Assembly: GCA_902612095.1 (NCBI GenBank)
Contig: CACMBZ010000001.1
Location: 41,311-105,310, forward strand
DNA: 64,000 nucleotides
Direction of reading: 5' to 3'
From: an uncultured Pelagibacteraceae bacterium
GTDB lineage: Bacteria > Pseudomonadota > Alphaproteobacteria > Pelagibacterales > AG-422-B15
The notes under the pieces were generated by a model, which was not told the DNA's origin, ran no database searches, and worked only from the letters and a program-made list of their open reading frames with translations. The position numbers and the translations under genes are program-made. Of this stretch, positions 51,217 through 62,584 are shown piece after piece; positions within the stretch are counted from its first letter, which is position 1; every line of letters starts with the position of its first letter.

Positions 51217-52098
51217 TTAGTTTTGATTCTTTAATACCTCAAGTAAAGTTGATCCTAAAGCTGCTGGAGAATTTGAAATTTGAATCCCAGCACTCTTCAT
51301 GGCTTCAATTTTATCTTCTGCTCCACCTTTACCTCCAGATACAATTGCTCCAGCGTGTCCCATTCTTCTTCCTGGAGGGGCTGACGTTCCCGCAATAAAT
51401 CCAACGGTTGGCTTTTTTACCTTTTCTTTTCTCAAAAATTCAGCTGCTTCTTCCTCAGCTGAACCACCAATTTCACCAATCATGATTATTGACTCAGTTT
51501 CTGGATCGGATAAGAAAAGTTCCAAACAATCAATAAAGTTGGTTCCATTCACTGGATCGCCCCCTATTCCAATACAGGTGGATTGTCCAAGGCCTTCCAC
51601 AGTTGTTTGATAAACTGCCTCATAAGTTAGTGTTCCAGACCTAGATACAATTCCAACATTTCCCTTTTGATGAATATGTGCTGGCATTATACCAATCTTG
51701 CACTCATCAGGAGTTATAATTCCCGGACAATTGGGGCCAATGAGACGTGATTTGGAAGATCTTAATTTATCTTTGACCTCTAGCATGTCCATAACAGGAA
51801 TTCCCTCTGTTATACAAACTATTAGGTTCATCTCACTATCTATTGCCTCTAAAATTGCTTTTGCGGCAAATGGGGGCGGAACATAAATTACAGTGGCATT
51901 CGCATCCGTTTTATCTTTGGCTTCTTTAACTGTATCAAATACCGGCAACCCTAAGTGCTCTGTTCCTCCTTTTTTTGGAGTAACTCCACCAACCATGTTG
52001 GTGCCGTATTTAATTGCCTGTTCTGAATGAAAGGTACCTTGTGATCCCGTGAAACCCTGGCAAATAACTTTTGTATCTTTGTTAACTATTACTGACAT
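51217..52098 (-). CDS. sucD: succinyl-CoA synthetase alpha subunit
   Basis: 293 aa; [11 protein letters not shown], and active-site His in MGHAGAI. Confidence 0.95.
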   Translation of the reverse strand: MSVIVNKDTKVICQGFTGSQGTFHSEQAIKYGTNMVGGVTPKKGGTEHLGLPVFDTVKEAKDKTDANATVIYVPPPFAAKAILEAIDSEMNLIVCITEGIPVMDMLEVKDKLRSSKSRLIGPNCPGIITPDECKIGIMPAHIHQKGNVGIVSRSGTLTYEAVYQTTVEGLGQSTCIGIGGDPVNGTNFIDCLELFLSDPETESIIMIGEIGGSAEEEAAEFLRKEKVKKPTVGFIAGTSAPPGRRMGHAGAIVSGGKGGAEDKIEAMKSAGIQISNSPAALGSTLLEVLKNQN

Positions 52099-53255
52099 TA
52101 GACTAGCTTAACTATTTTTTTTGCCGCATCATCTAAATCATTGGCTGAAATAATTTCAATACTTGAATTATCAAGAATCTTTTTACCTTCATCAACATTT
52201 GTGCCTTCAAGTCTAACTACAAGCGGTACAGAAATTTCTAATTCCTTTGCGGCGGCAACAATTCCTTCAGCAATGATGTCACATCTCATGATTCCACCAA
52301 AGATGTTAACTAAGATGCCTTTTACACCTTTGTCAGAAAGAATAATTTTGAATGCACTCGAAACCTTTTCTTTAGAAGCTCCACCACCAACATCAAGAAA
52401 GTTTGCAGGCTCACCACCATACATTTTAATAATATCTAAGCTAGCCATTGCCAAGCCTGCACCATTAACCATACAGCCTATATTCCCATCCAATTTTATA
52501 TATGCGAGATCAAATTTTGATGCTTCTCTTTCATATTCATCCTCTTCATTTTCATCCCTTAATTCCTCAATTTCAGGATGGCGGTACAAAGCATTATCGT
52601 CAAAATTAACTTTAGCATCGAGACATAATAGTTTGTCGGTCTCAGTAATAATCAAAGGATTAACTTCAACAAGACTAGCATCTTTTTCTAAAAAAAATTT
52701 ATACATATTTTTTATAAGATCAGAAAGTTGACTCTCAAGATCTTTTTCGAGTTCAAAAGCTGTACTAATTGTATTTATATCTTTTTCTGTAACACCTATT
52801 GAAGGTTCTATTTGAACAGTTGTTATATGTTCTGGAGTATCTTTTGCAACTGCTTCAATGTCCATGCCTCCCATCTTAGATACAATAAAGGCAACTTTGC
52901 TAGTTGCTCTGTCTAATAAACAAGAAAGATATAATTCTTTTTTAATATCCGAGCCATTTTCAATATAAATACGTTTTACTTCTTTTCCTGATGGGCCTGT
53001 TTGAGGCGTGATTAAATTCATACCAAACATTTTTTCAGCCTCATTTACAGCTTCTTCTTTTGAAGAAACTACTTTAACGCCTCCACCTTTACCTCTGCCA
53101 CCTGCATGAATTTGCGCTTTAACAACCCAAATTGGACCCTTAACTTTTCCTACTGCTTCATTTATCTGACTTTTTTGATATGCAACGCTTCCTTTGGACA
53201 CAGGTATATCATAACCGTCAAATAATTCCTTTGCTTGATGTTCGTGTATATTCAT
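52098..53255 (-). CDS. sucC: succinyl-CoA synthetase beta subunit
   Basis: 385 aa; [12 protein letters not shown], and the ATP-grasp domain. Confidence 0.95.
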   Translation of the reverse strand: MNIHEHQAKELFDGYDIPVSKGSVAYQKSQINEAVGKVKGPIWVVKAQIHAGGRGKGGGVKVVSSKEEAVNEAEKMFGMNLITPQTGPSGKEVKRIYIENGSDIKKELYLSCLLDRATSKVAFIVSKMGGMDIEAVAKDTPEHITTVQIEPSIGVTEKDINTISTAFELEKDLESQLSDLIKNMYKFFLEKDASLVEVNPLIITETDKLLCLDAKVNFDDNALYRHPEIEELRDENEEDEYEREASKFDLAYIKLDGNIGCMVNGAGLAMASLDIIKMYGGEPANFLDVGGGASKEKVSSAFKIILSDKGVKGILVNIFGGIMRCDIIAEGIVAAAKELEISVPLVVRLEGTNVDEGKKILDNSSIEIISANDLDDAAKKIVKLV

Positions 53256-54218
53256 TTATTTAAGTGAAGAATCAATATTTTTTGCAGCCTCAAATAACTC
53301 ACTGACTGCTTCGATTGAAGTTTTAAAATATTTTTTTTCTTCTTCGTCTAAATCAAGTTCAACAACTTTTTCAATTCCAGCTGAGCCAATAACAACAGGA
53401 ACTCCAACATATAAATCTGAAACACCGTATTCACCATTTAAATATGCTGCGCATGGTAACGTTTTTTTCTTATCATTAAGATATGAGTCGGCCATTTCAA
53501 TTCCTGAGGCTGCCGGCCCATAAAAAGCGGATCCGGTTTCCAATAACTTTACAACTTCGGCTCCACCTTTTCTCGTCCTATCAATGATCTCGTCAAGCCT
53601 AGCCTTTGAAATTTTTCCTTTATTCACTAAATCAGTCAGGTTTTCACCACTAACTATAGTTCTATTTGGAACTGGTACCATTGTATCACCATGGCCACCA
53701 AGAACAAATGAGTCTACTTCGCTAATTGGAACATTCAATTCTTGTGATAAGAAATATTTAAAACGTGAAGTATCTAAAACTCCAGCCATACCAACAACTT
53801 TATTTTTTGGAAGCCCTGAATATTTTTGAAGAGCCATAACGATTACATCTAATGGATTTGTAATGCAAATAACAAAGGCATTAGGAGAAGTTGTTTTTAT
53901 ACCCTCAGCTACTTGCTTGATAATTTTCAAGTTTGTTCCCAAAAGGTCATCTCTGGTCATACCTGGTTTTCGAGGAACTCCAGCTGTTATAATTATTACA
54001 TCAGAGTCACTTGTATCCTCATAATTATCAGTACCAGACAAGGAAACATTAAAACCATCTATGGCTGAGGACTGTGCTATATCAAGAGCTTTACCTTTTG
54101 CAAGTCCAGACATCAGATCAAAAAGAACTACATCTCCAAGCTCTTTCATGGCAGCTAAATGTGCAAGTGTGCCTCCAATTTGTCCAGCTCCTATAAGTGA
54201 TATTTTTTTATTTGTCAT
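53256..54218 (-). CDS. mdh: malate dehydrogenase (LDH-like type)
   Basis: 320 aa; [34 protein letters not shown]. Confidence 0.95.
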   Translation of the reverse strand: MTNKKISLIGAGQIGGTLAHLAAMKELGDVVLFDLMSGLAKGKALDIAQSSAIDGFNVSLSGTDNYEDTSDSDVIIITAGVPRKPGMTRDDLLGTNLKIIKQVAEGIKTTSPNAFVICITNPLDVIVMALQKYSGLPKNKVVGMAGVLDTSRFKYFLSQELNVPISEVDSFVLGGHGDTMVPVPNRTIVSGENLTDLVNKGKISKARLDEIIDRTRKGGAEVVKLLETGSAFYGPAASGIEMADSYLNDKKKTLPCAAYLNGEYGVSDLYVGVPVVIGSAGIEKVVELDLDEEEKKYFKTSIEAVSELFEAAKNIDSSLK

Positions 54219-54279
54219 GATGAGTTTATAGCTCGGTAAACTAACTAGATAGCGATTAAAATCAAGATAAATTAAATAT

Positions 54280-55773
54280 TTACTTCATTGTTGGAATGGT
54301 AAATTCAGCACCTTTTCTAATACCAGTTGGCCATCTCGAAGTAACAGTTTTGAGACGCGTAAAGAACCTTACTCCGTCCATACCATGCATTGCATGATCC
54401 CCAAATAAGGATCTTTTCCAACCACCAAAGCTATGAAAAGCCATGGGTACTGGTATGGGAACATTCACTCCAACCATTCCAATTTTGCATTGATTAGCAA
54501 AAGCTCTAGCTGTATCACCATCACGAGTATAAATAGTAGTACCGTTTCCGAATTCATGATCGTTAACCATTTTTAAAGCATCATCAAAAGTAGGTTGACG
54601 TACAACAGATAATACAGGTCCAAATATTTCTTCTCTATATATCTGCATATCTTCCTTAACATGATCAAATAAACAGCCTCCGATGAAGTATCCATTTTCA
54701 TAACCTTGAAGAGATATTGATCTTCCATCCACTATAAGATCAGCTCCTTCAGCAACTCCAGAGTCAACATAGCTTTTTACTTTTGACAAATGTACATCAC
54801 TGATGAGTGGACCCATTTCAACTTCTGGATCTGTTCCGGGGCCAACTTTAAGTCCCTGAACGCGAGGGGTAAGCTTTTCAATTAATTTATCACCTACATC
54901 ACCAACAGCTACGGCAACCGAAAGAGCCATGCATCGCTCTCCTGCGGATCCATAGCCTGCGCCGATAAGACCATCAACAACTTGGTCTAAATCTGCATCA
55001 GGCATTACAACCATATGATTTTTTGCACCACCTAATGACTGAACGCGCTTATTATGTTTAGAAGAGGTATGATAAATATATTCAGCAACTGGAGTCGAGC
55101 CAACAAAACTAACTGATGCAACTTCAGGATCGGTGATCAAGAGATCTACTGCTTCTTTATCGCCGTTAACCACATTGAAAACTCCATCTGGTAGACCTGC
55201 TTCTTTAAGTAAATCTCCCATCATGTACGGAACTGTTGGATCTTTTTCACTCGGTTTCAAAATAAATGAATTACCACATGCAATAGACATAACAAACATC
55301 CACATTGGAACCATAGCGGGAAAATTGAAAGGTGAAATTCCTACACAAACCCCAAGAGGCTGTCTCATGCTCCAGCTGTCAATATTTGATCCAACATTTT
55401 CAGAATATTCGCCTTTTAGCAAATGAGGAATACCACAAGCAAACTCAACTACTTCCATGCCTCTTGTTATTGACCCAACTGAGTCTGATAATATTTTTCC
55501 GTGCTCAGTTGTTAATTCCAAAGCTAATTTGTCCATATCTCTGAGTATCAAATCTTTGAATTTAAATAAAACTCTTGATCTAGTAAGAGATGGAGTGGCA
55601 GCCCATTCTTTACCTGCTTTAACAGCACACTCGATTGCAAGCTGTACATCGTCTTTGTTAGCGAGATTAACTTCCCTGATTTTTTCCCCATTGGCTGGAT
55701 TAAATACTTCGCCAAATCTATCAGAGCTTCCAACGTGTTCCTTGCCATTAATATAGTGAAAAACTTTATTCAT
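54280..55773 (-). CDS. mmsA: CoA-acylating methylmalonate-/malonate-semialdehyde dehydrogenase
   Basis: 497-aa ALDH. The end pattern [12 protein letters not shown] and catalytic GERCMA are typical of MmsA. Confidence 0.85.
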   Translation of the reverse strand: MNKVFHYINGKEHVGSSDRFGEVFNPANGEKIREVNLANKDDVQLAIECAVKAGKEWAATPSLTRSRVLFKFKDLILRDMDKLALELTTEHGKILSDSVGSITRGMEVVEFACGIPHLLKGEYSENVGSNIDSWSMRQPLGVCVGISPFNFPAMVPMWMFVMSIACGNSFILKPSEKDPTVPYMMGDLLKEAGLPDGVFNVVNGDKEAVDLLITDPEVASVSFVGSTPVAEYIYHTSSKHNKRVQSLGGAKNHMVVMPDADLDQVVDGLIGAGYGSAGERCMALSVAVAVGDVGDKLIEKLTPRVQGLKVGPGTDPEVEMGPLISDVHLSKVKSYVDSGVAEGADLIVDGRSISLQGYENGYFIGGCLFDHVKEDMQIYREEIFGPVLSVVRQPTFDDALKMVNDHEFGNGTTIYTRDGDTARAFANQCKIGMVGVNVPIPVPMAFHSFGGWKRSLFGDHAMHGMDGVRFFTRLKTVTSRWPTGIRKGAEFTIPTMK

Positions 55774-55841
55774 GATCTTAATAATTTTAATAGAGTCTGA
55801 TATTGTAGATTAATTGTAATCTATGGCAATGGCGGAAAAGT

Positions 55842-56075
55842 ATGAGAAAACTTGATCTTCACGGCTTCACACTCGAAGAGGCTTATCAAGAATTCACTGA
55901 TTTTATTTACGCTGCTTATCAAGAGAATATTTCTAAAGTGGAAATAATAACTGGAAAAAGTGGTCGCATAAGGCAAGAATTTCCTCATTGGGCAGAGAGC
56001 AGTCATCAAATAAGGTATATCGAAGCTAGCTGGCACGAGGGCAGTTATATCGTGAAAATTCAAAAAAAGTATTGA
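55842..56075 (+). CDS. stand-alone Smr-domain protein (77 aa)
   Basis: LDLHGFTLEEA...VEIITGKSG matches the Smr LDLHG...G(K/R)G pattern. Confidence 0.7.
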   Translation: MRKLDLHGFTLEEAYQEFTDFIYAAYQENISKVEIITGKSGRIRQEFPHWAESSHQIRYIEASWHEGSYIVKIQKKY

Positions 56076-56144
56076 GACCATGATCTGTCATTTTGGCAGA
56101 CGTATATGAGTTTAAATCAAAGTAAACAACATTATATGTAATGT

Positions 56145-56201
56145 TCAATGGTGGGTAAGTAATATTTTCATCAAATCCCCTAATCAACTACCCACCATTG
56201 A
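56145..56201. repeat. perfect 13-bp inverted repeat (TCAATGGTGGGTA / TACCCACCATTGA) around a 31-nt loop
   Basis: Read directly: arms at 56145-56157 and 56189-56201. Flanked by the direct repeats GTAAACAA (56122-29, 56202-09) and AATGTT (56140-45, 56212-17). Confidence 0.9.
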
Positions 56202-56293
56202 GTAAACAAATAATGTTGAATTATTTTATTGCGGTTTCGGTAATCATACTAATACTCAGTACAGTCACGTTTTTTGAAATTACAATAATTTAG

Positions 56294-57070
56294 TTATTGT
56301 TGGGCAATCATCTGCTTTATTCCAGCAATCGCTTTTGCAGGATTCAAACCCTTGGGACATGCTTGAGTGCAATTCATAATCGTATGGCATCTGTATACTT
56401 TAAAAGTATCATCTAATTCTTTTAATCTCTCTTTTCTTTCCTCATCACGGCTATCTTGTAGCCAGCGATATGACTGAAGCAGGACTGCAGGGCCCAAATA
56501 TTTGTCACTGTTCCACCAATAACTTGGGCATGAAGTTGAGCAACAAGCACACAGAATACATTCATAAAGGCCATCTAATTTTTCTCGGTCATTTCTTGAT
56601 TGTATATTTTCAGTATCATTCGCATTTTGTTTCTTGTTCATAAGCCATGGCTTGATAGACTTTAATTGCGTATAAAGTGTTTTTAAATTTGTAACCAAAT
56701 CTTTTATAACTGGCATGTGAGGCAGAGGATAAATTTTTATATCACCTTTCACATCACTGATTGCTTTAGTACAAGCAAGTGTATTTGTTCCATCAATATT
56801 CATTGCGCAAGAACCACATATGCCCTCGCGACATGATCTTCTAAAGGTTAATGAAGTATCAATTTCACTTTTGATTTTCATAACTGCGTCCAATACCATT
56901 GGGCCACAATCGTCTAGATCAACTTCATAAGTATCCATTCTTGGGTTTTTTGTGTCATCAGGAGACCAACGGTAGATTTTGAATTTTTTAGTATTCCCAT
57001 TGCTTTTTTCAGACTTGTAATAATCACCGTCTGTTAATTTAGAATTATTGGGAAGATTAAACTGAACCAT
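56294..57070 (-). CDS. sdhB: succinate dehydrogenase iron-sulfur subunit
   Basis: 258 aa; the three Cys clusters [36 protein letters not shown]. Confidence 0.95.
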   Translation of the reverse strand: MVQFNLPNNSKLTDGDYYKSEKSNGNTKKFKIYRWSPDDTKNPRMDTYEVDLDDCGPMVLDAVMKIKSEIDTSLTFRRSCREGICGSCAMNIDGTNTLACTKAISDVKGDIKIYPLPHMPVIKDLVTNLKTLYTQLKSIKPWLMNKKQNANDTENIQSRNDREKLDGLYECILCACCSTSCPSYWWNSDKYLGPAVLLQSYRWLQDSRDEERKERLKELDDTFKVYRCHTIMNCTQACPKGLNPAKAIAGIKQMIAQQ

Positions 57071-58845
57071 TAATAAACTCTGGCCTTTGGTGCAATATAT
57101 TTAACTTCATTTGATAAAGTGTATTCGTGAACTGATCTATAATCCAGCTCACAACTCTTATCGTTCAGCCATGACATTGTATGCTTCATCCAATTTTTAT
57201 CATCTCTTTCCTTATAATCTTCTCGAGCGTGAGCTCCTCTACTTTCTTTTCTATTTAGTGCAGAGTTCATTGTAACTACAGCTTGTGCAATTAGATTTTT
57301 ATATTCGAGCGTTTCTAACAAATCAGTATTCCATATAAGTGATTTGTCTTTAATTTTAATATTCTCTGAGTTTAACCAAGTTTCTTCAATGAGTTTTTTT
57401 CCTTCAGACATAATCTCATCATCTCTAAAAACAGCGCAGTGTTTCTGCATAACTTTCTGCATTTGAGACCTTAATTCTGAAGTTGAAATATCCCCATCAG
57501 AAGATCGTGTACTATCAAACCTTGCAATGACTTCATCGACGACATGGCCGGGAATTTCCTTATTTGGTTCATCTTTATTTACCGTATCATTTATTCTATC
57601 TGCAGCTGCTTTGCCAAAAACTACTAAATCAATAAGAGAATTTGATCCGAGTCTGTTTGCACCATGAACACTCACACAAGCAGCTTCACCAACAGCCATC
57701 AGACCCTGTACGATCGTTTCATTTCCTTTTTCGAGGTTCATTACTTCTCCATGAAAGTTTGTTGGAATTCCACCCATATTATAATGAACTGTAGGTATAA
57801 TGGGAATTGGCTCTTTAGTTACATCTACCCCTGCGAAAACTTTTGCGGATTCTGAAATACCAGGTAATCTTTCTTCCAATATATCTGAGTCTATATGATC
57901 AAGATGAAGATAAGCATGGTCCTTATCTTTACCAACACCTCTGCCCTCTAAAATTTCTTTTGTTATAGAACGTGACACAACATCTCTTGAAGCTAAGTCT
58001 TTCGCTGATGGTGCGTATCTCTCCATGAAACGTTCGCCTTCACTGTTTACTAAATAGCCACCTTCTCCTCTTGCGCCCTCTGTTATAAGACAACCAACAC
58101 CATAAATACCTGTTGGATGAAATTGAACAAATTCCATATCTTGCAAAGGTAAGCCAGCTCTTAAAACCATAGCGTTACCATCGCCTGTGCAAGTGTGAGC
58201 TGAAGTTGCAGAAAAATAAACACGGCCATATCCACCAGAAGCTAGTATTGTTTGTTTAGAATTAAATACATGTAATTTACCGTCCTCTAAACACCATGCA
58301 ACAACGCCCCTGCATTCACCCTCAACCATTAATAAGTCCAAAACAAAATATTCAATATAATAGTCAACGTCGTGTTTTAATGATTGCCCGTATAAAGTAT
58401 GAATTATTGCATGGCCAGTTCGATCAGCGGCAGCACATGTTCTTTGTGCAGTACCTTCACCATAATTTTTGGTCATCCCCCCAAAGGCTCTTTGATAAAT
58501 TTTTCCATCCTCTGTTCGACTGAATGGAACTCCATAGTTCTCTAATTCTAAAACAGCTTTTGGTGCATTTTTGCACAAGTACTCAATTGCATCCTGATCC
58601 CCAAGCCAATCAGAGCCTTTCACGGTATCATACATGTGCCATCTCCAATCATCATCACCCATATTTCCAAGTGCAGCAGAGATGCCTCCCTGTGCTGCAA
58701 CCGTGTGACTTCTAGTTGGGAATACTTTTGAAATACAAGCAGTCTTATAACCATTCTCAACAGCGCCTACTGTCGCTCTCAAACCAGATCCACCAGCACC
58801 AACAACAACTACATCATAATCGTGATATTCAATTTCGTAATTCAT
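57070..58845 (-). CDS. sdhA: succinate dehydrogenase flavoprotein subunit
   Basis: 591 aa; [13 protein letters not shown] and the covalent-FAD His context ([10 protein letters not shown]). Confidence 0.95.
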   Translation of the reverse strand: MNYEIEYHDYDVVVVGAGGSGLRATVGAVENGYKTACISKVFPTRSHTVAAQGGISAALGNMGDDDWRWHMYDTVKGSDWLGDQDAIEYLCKNAPKAVLELENYGVPFSRTEDGKIYQRAFGGMTKNYGEGTAQRTCAAADRTGHAIIHTLYGQSLKHDVDYYIEYFVLDLLMVEGECRGVVAWCLEDGKLHVFNSKQTILASGGYGRVYFSATSAHTCTGDGNAMVLRAGLPLQDMEFVQFHPTGIYGVGCLITEGARGEGGYLVNSEGERFMERYAPSAKDLASRDVVSRSITKEILEGRGVGKDKDHAYLHLDHIDSDILEERLPGISESAKVFAGVDVTKEPIPIIPTVHYNMGGIPTNFHGEVMNLEKGNETIVQGLMAVGEAACVSVHGANRLGSNSLIDLVVFGKAAADRINDTVNKDEPNKEIPGHVVDEVIARFDSTRSSDGDISTSELRSQMQKVMQKHCAVFRDDEIMSEGKKLIEETWLNSENIKIKDKSLIWNTDLLETLEYKNLIAQAVVTMNSALNRKESRGAHAREDYKERDDKNWMKHTMSWLNDKSCELDYRSVHEYTLSNEVKYIAPKARVY

Positions 58846-58849
58846 TAAG

Positions 58850-59179
58850 TTAACCTATAAAAATTAGTAGTAGAGACAAACAAACAAAAATTAGTATTAG
58901 TAAAAAAAATATTGAGATTATTACATTTAATACTTTTTTAACCACATCTGAGTGAACATAATCATCAAGGATTTCGTGCACACCAGTATTCATATGAATT
59001 AATCCTAAGACCGTGAAAATCAATATGAACCCTAAACCCCATAAGTTGCTAAATTCACTCAAAATTAAATGATATGGCAGAGTGGAAAGGTGTATTATTT
59101 TTATAAATAAAAAAGCAACGAGTGGTAGCAGTAAAATCGTGCTCCATCGATGAAGTTTCCAAGTATTTTTGGCAGACAT
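58850..59179 (-). CDS. sdhD: succinate dehydrogenase membrane anchor subunit
   Basis: 109 aa, 3 TM; position between sdhC and sdhA. Confidence 0.8.
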   Translation of the reverse strand: MSAKNTWKLHRWSTILLLPLVAFLFIKIIHLSTLPYHLILSEFSNLWGLGFILIFTVLGLIHMNTGVHEILDDYVHSDVVKKVLNVIISIFFLLILIFVCLSLLLIFIG

Positions 59180-59183
59180 AGAA

Positions 59184-59561
59184 TTAATATCCCATCATTA
59201 TTAAAACCCAAAATAGAACAGTGAGCAAAACAGTAAACAAAATTGTAATCCAACCTGTCAATTTGGCAGTATTTAATTCAAGCCCAATACCAACGTCCCA
59301 GAATAAGTGCCTTAAGCAGTTTAAAAAATAAAATAAATATGAAAACGTAAGACCTATTAATATTGTTCTTATAAATATATTTCCTGATAAAGAAATTATA
59401 AATTGAAAAGTTTCTTCGCCAGCGCTAATTGAATATAAAAATATTATTAATATGATTACACCTAATGATGAAACAATACCCGTTATTCTATGAAGAATTG
59501 ATAGTATCGATGTAATTTGCCATCTATAAACTTGTAAATGTGGTGATAAGGGACTGCTCAT
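59184..59561 (-). CDS. sdhC: succinate dehydrogenase cytochrome b556 subunit
   Basis: 125 aa; SPHLQVYRWQITSILSILHRITG motif. Confidence 0.85.
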   Translation of the reverse strand: MSSPLSPHLQVYRWQITSILSILHRITGIVSSLGVIILIIFLYSISAGEETFQFIISLSGNIFIRTILIGLTFSYLFYFLNCLRHLFWDVGIGLELNTAKLTGWITILFTVLLTVLFWVLIMMGY

Positions 59562-59609
59562 TAGTAATATTTATATATACCAAATTGCCGGTGATTAAAC
59601 GACAGTAAA

Positions 59610-61568
59610 TTATTTTTTTCTTGGAATTAAAGCCCAATAATCAAGACTTAACAAAACGGACGGATCAAAACGCTTGTTACTATCTTGATGTTGAAACTGA
59701 TAAGCCTGTGCATCGCCAATTCCATTTGTTCTGACTCGAATAGCACCTAATGATTCTGATACTTCAACTTTATCTAAAATTAAACTCCAGGCAAAAACAG
59801 TTGTTCCCGCAAAACACGGTGATGCGTGGGTTCCACCGTTGATCGCAATAATTTTAAAAGCATTTGAAAGTCCATTAAACGATAAAGCTCTTGTTAAACT
59901 TATAACATGACCGCCGTAAACAATTCTTTTTCCAAACCTACCACCTTTTTCAACAAAATGGTTAAAGTGAACTTTTGCATTGTTCTGGTATAATTTTGTT
60001 GCCATCATATGTTCAGCTTCCTCAACTGTCATACCATCAATATGATTTATTTTTTCGTTAATAGAATAATCCTCATAACAAAGATCAGAGCCTGAGGCTT
60101 TATAATCATATCCTGTACAATCAAAATCATATTCTTTTGCAATTTCTACAACCTCCTCACTTGTAAGCTCTTTATTTAATTCTGGTATAGACGGTTCTGG
60201 TTTATTTAGGTTTCTATTTTTTTTTCTAACCATAACCCACCTTTTATAATCAATAACTGGTTCGCCATGCTGGTTAGTGCCTACAGAGTGAACATAAACT
60301 ACTCCATTTTCTCCACTTGAATTTTCTTTAATGCCAATCACTTCTGAAGTTGAGCTAATTGTATCACCTGGATAAGCTGGCTTTAAAAACTTACATTCTG
60401 CGTAACCTAAATTAGCAATTGCATTTAAAGAGATATCGGGGACAGTTTTACCAAAAGCTATATTAAATAAAAGAAAATCGTCAATTGGCGATTTTTCTAA
60501 TGAGAGTTTTTTTGCAAACTCATCTGAGCAGTGAAGGGCGTACCTTGAACCGTATAAAGCCGTATAAAGTGCACAATCTCCATATGTTATTGTTCGTGGA
60601 GTTGCATGTATTATTTTTTGTCCTAGCTTAAAATTTTCAAAAAAATTACCAATTTTATATTTACTTGAAGAAGTTTGTATAACTTCTGATTGATCTAGTT
60701 CTGTAACTTTTGAAACAAGCAATTCTGCTTCTATAATTCGTTTTGCATGATTTACGTGTAATTCCTCTATCTGACTGCCTTCAAACGTAATTACTCCAAC
60801 ATTTGGATCCTTTTTTCTTGCATCCTCAAAGGCTGCAACAATTCGTTTTGCTTTGTCTAGTTGTTCAGCCGTAGGGGTAAATATTTTATTGCATATTTGT
60901 ATTTGTCCGGGGTGTATTAAGGTTTTACCATCAAATCCGAGACCATGACTATAGATGCACTCTTCTTCAAAGCCATTAGCGTCTCTGATGTCATTAAAAA
61001 CTCCATCAAGTAGTGATAATTTGTAGGCTTTTGTTGCCATCATACATTTCTCAAAACTTGTGACTAATGCAGTTCTTTTTAGTTCTTCCTCTATACCCAA
61101 CTCTGCAGACAAGTCATTAGTTCCCATTACAAAACATTTTAAGCATTTTGATGATTTTGCAATATCATACGCGTTTACAATGGATAGAGCTGTTTCCATC
61201 ATAACCCAAATTTTAGTTTCTTTATTTTTAAGATATTTTTCAAAAGCTTTAACATCTTTAGCTTCATTTACTTTAGGAATTAATATTGCATCGGGATTAC
61301 ATTTGTCCAAGACCTTAATATCTATTTTACCATCATCAGTATCCAAAGCATTTACTCTTATCACCTGTTCCTTATTTTTGTTTACACCAGAATTTATAAT
61401 TTCGATAATTGCTGCGCGTGCATCATTTCTGGCATTTGCAGCTACCGAGTCTTCTAAGTCGTAAATAATTGCATCTACATCAAGCGTACTGCTTTTTTTT
61501 AATGCTTTTGGATTAGATCCAGGAACATAAAGTACGCTTCTTCTTGGTTTTCTTACATCTTGTCTCAT
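59610..61568 (-). CDS. fusion protein: N-terminal CitE-like/HpcH malyl-CoA (beta-methylmalyl-CoA) lyase or thioesterase domain plus C-terminal MaoC double-hotdog mesaconyl-CoA-hydratase-like domain
   Basis: One uninterrupted 652-codon ORF. Residues about 10-283 are CitE-like: RSVLYVPGSNPKAL, DLEDSV, WVMMET, MGTNDL, GFDGKTLIHPGQ. Residues 284-305 form a linker. Residues 306-652 are a MaoC-type two-hotdog enzyme of about 347 aa, the size of Mch: IIHATPRTITYGDCALYTALYGSRYAL, GKTVPDISLNAIANLGYA, YPGDT. Confidence 0.8.
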   Translation of the reverse strand: MRQDVRKPRRSVLYVPGSNPKALKKSSTLDVDAIIYDLEDSVAANARNDARAAIIEIINSGVNKNKEQVIRVNALDTDDGKIDIKVLDKCNPDAILIPKVNEAKDVKAFEKYLKNKETKIWVMMETALSIVNAYDIAKSSKCLKCFVMGTNDLSAELGIEEELKRTALVTSFEKCMMATKAYKLSLLDGVFNDIRDANGFEEECIYSHGLGFDGKTLIHPGQIQICNKIFTPTAEQLDKAKRIVAAFEDARKKDPNVGVITFEGSQIEELHVNHAKRIIEAELLVSKVTELDQSEVIQTSSSKYKIGNFFENFKLGQKIIHATPRTITYGDCALYTALYGSRYALHCSDEFAKKLSLEKSPIDDFLLFNIAFGKTVPDISLNAIANLGYAECKFLKPAYPGDTISSTSEVIGIKENSSGENGVVYVHSVGTNQHGEPVIDYKRWVMVRKKNRNLNKPEPSIPELNKELTSEEVVEIAKEYDFDCTGYDYKASGSDLCYEDYSINEKINHIDGMTVEEAEHMMATKLYQNNAKVHFNHFVEKGGRFGKRIVYGGHVISLTRALSFNGLSNAFKIIAINGGTHASPCFAGTTVFAWSLILDKVEVSESLGAIRVRTNGIGDAQAYQFQHQDSNKRFDPSVLLSLDYWALIPRKK

Positions 61569-62581
61569 TTAGATAAATGTTCCTCAATTAGCATTTCAGC
61601 GATTTGGATTGTATTTAAAGCAGCGCCTTTCCTTAAATTATCAGAAACTACCCAAATAGATAATCCATTTTTTGTAGACGTATCCTCTCGAATTCGCGAT
61701 ACATACGTGTCATCATTTCCAGCACACTCTTTTGGAGTTACATAACCTCCATCAGCTCTTTCATCAAGTAGTGTGCACCCAGGAGCATTTTTAATAGCTT
61801 CACGTGCTTCTTCTACTGAAATTTTGTTTTCAAACTCAATATTTACAGCTTCAGAGTGACCAATAAATACAGGAACGCGAACACATGTAGCGCTAAAGCT
61901 GATCTCACTACTTAAAATTTTATGAGTTTCTTGTCTCATTTTTAATTCTTCTTTTGTGTATCCATCATCCATGAATTTATCAATATGAGGTATGACATTA
62001 AAGGCAATTGGTTTGGTAAACTTAACATTATCTTTAATATCATCGGAGAACATATTTTTTGTTTGCTCAAACAACTCGTCCATACCAGCCTTACCTGCCC
62101 CCGAAACAGATTGATAAGTTGATACAATAACTTTTTTTATTTTTGAAATTTCGTGCAATGGTTTTAAGGCAACAACCAATTGAATTGTTGAGCAGTTTGG
62201 ATTAGCAATTATATTTCTTTTTTTATAATTATTTAGATCACTTGGGTTAACCTCAGGTACGACCAGAGGAATATCTTCTTCCATTCTAAAATGACTAGAG
62301 TTATCTATAACAATACAGTTTTTTTCAGCAAACTTTGGTGCCCATTCCTTTGAGGTACTAGCTCCTGCAGAGAAGAGTGCCAATTCTACTTTTGAAGGAT
62401 CAAACTTTTCAATAGATTCTACAATTAGTTTATCCTCCCCAAATTCAATTTCCATGCCTTCACTTCTACTAGAAGCTACAGGAAATATTTTTGACGCATC
62501 ATATTTTTTTTCAGAGAGAATATTTAACATTTCTCTTCCGACATTTCCTGTGGCACCCACTATAGCAATATTAAAATTCAT
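61565..62581 (-). CDS. asd: aspartate-semialdehyde dehydrogenase
   Basis: 338 aa; IAIVGATGNVGREM, NPNCSTI (active-site Cys). Its stop overlaps the fusion-gene ATG (ATGA). Confidence 0.9.
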   Translation of the reverse strand: MNFNIAIVGATGNVGREMLNILSEKKYDASKIFPVASSRSEGMEIEFGEDKLIVESIEKFDPSKVELALFSAGASTSKEWAPKFAEKNCIVIDNSSHFRMEEDIPLVVPEVNPSDLNNYKKRNIIANPNCSTIQLVVALKPLHEISKIKKVIVSTYQSVSGAGKAGMDELFEQTKNMFSDDIKDNVKFTKPIAFNVIPHIDKFMDDGYTKEELKMRQETHKILSSEISFSATCVRVPVFIGHSEAVNIEFENKISVEEAREAIKNAPGCTLLDERADGGYVTPKECAGNDDTYVSRIREDTSTKNGLSIWVVSDNLRKGAALNTIQIAEMLIEEHLSK

Positions 62582-62584
62582 AAT

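Noticed and set aside
52141-52731. Long antisense ORFs inside conserved genes. Examples: 196 aa opposite sucC, 136 aa opposite atpA (38855-39265), 134 aa opposite the CitE/MaoC gene (61060-61464), 127 aa opposite leuB, 121 aa opposite sucB, 120 aa opposite obg, and 116 aa opposite tal and proA/proB.
   Set aside because: They are low-complexity Ser/Pro/Leu/Ile-rich shadow frames of strongly recognisable genes, with no motifs of their own. This is the typical codon-bias artefact, so I do not treat them as overlapping genes.
56122-56149. Possible dif (XerCD) site: GTAAACAACAT-TATATG-TAATGTTCAAT lies in a convergent spacer, and a xer gene is in the window.
   Set aside because: The right arm matches TTATGTTAAAT at only 9 of 11 positions, with a mismatch in the conserved TTATG core. 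The inner palindrome is spaced 2 nt shorter than the canonical 11-6-11 layout. It is not convincing without a comparison to the clade's known dif and to GC-skew.
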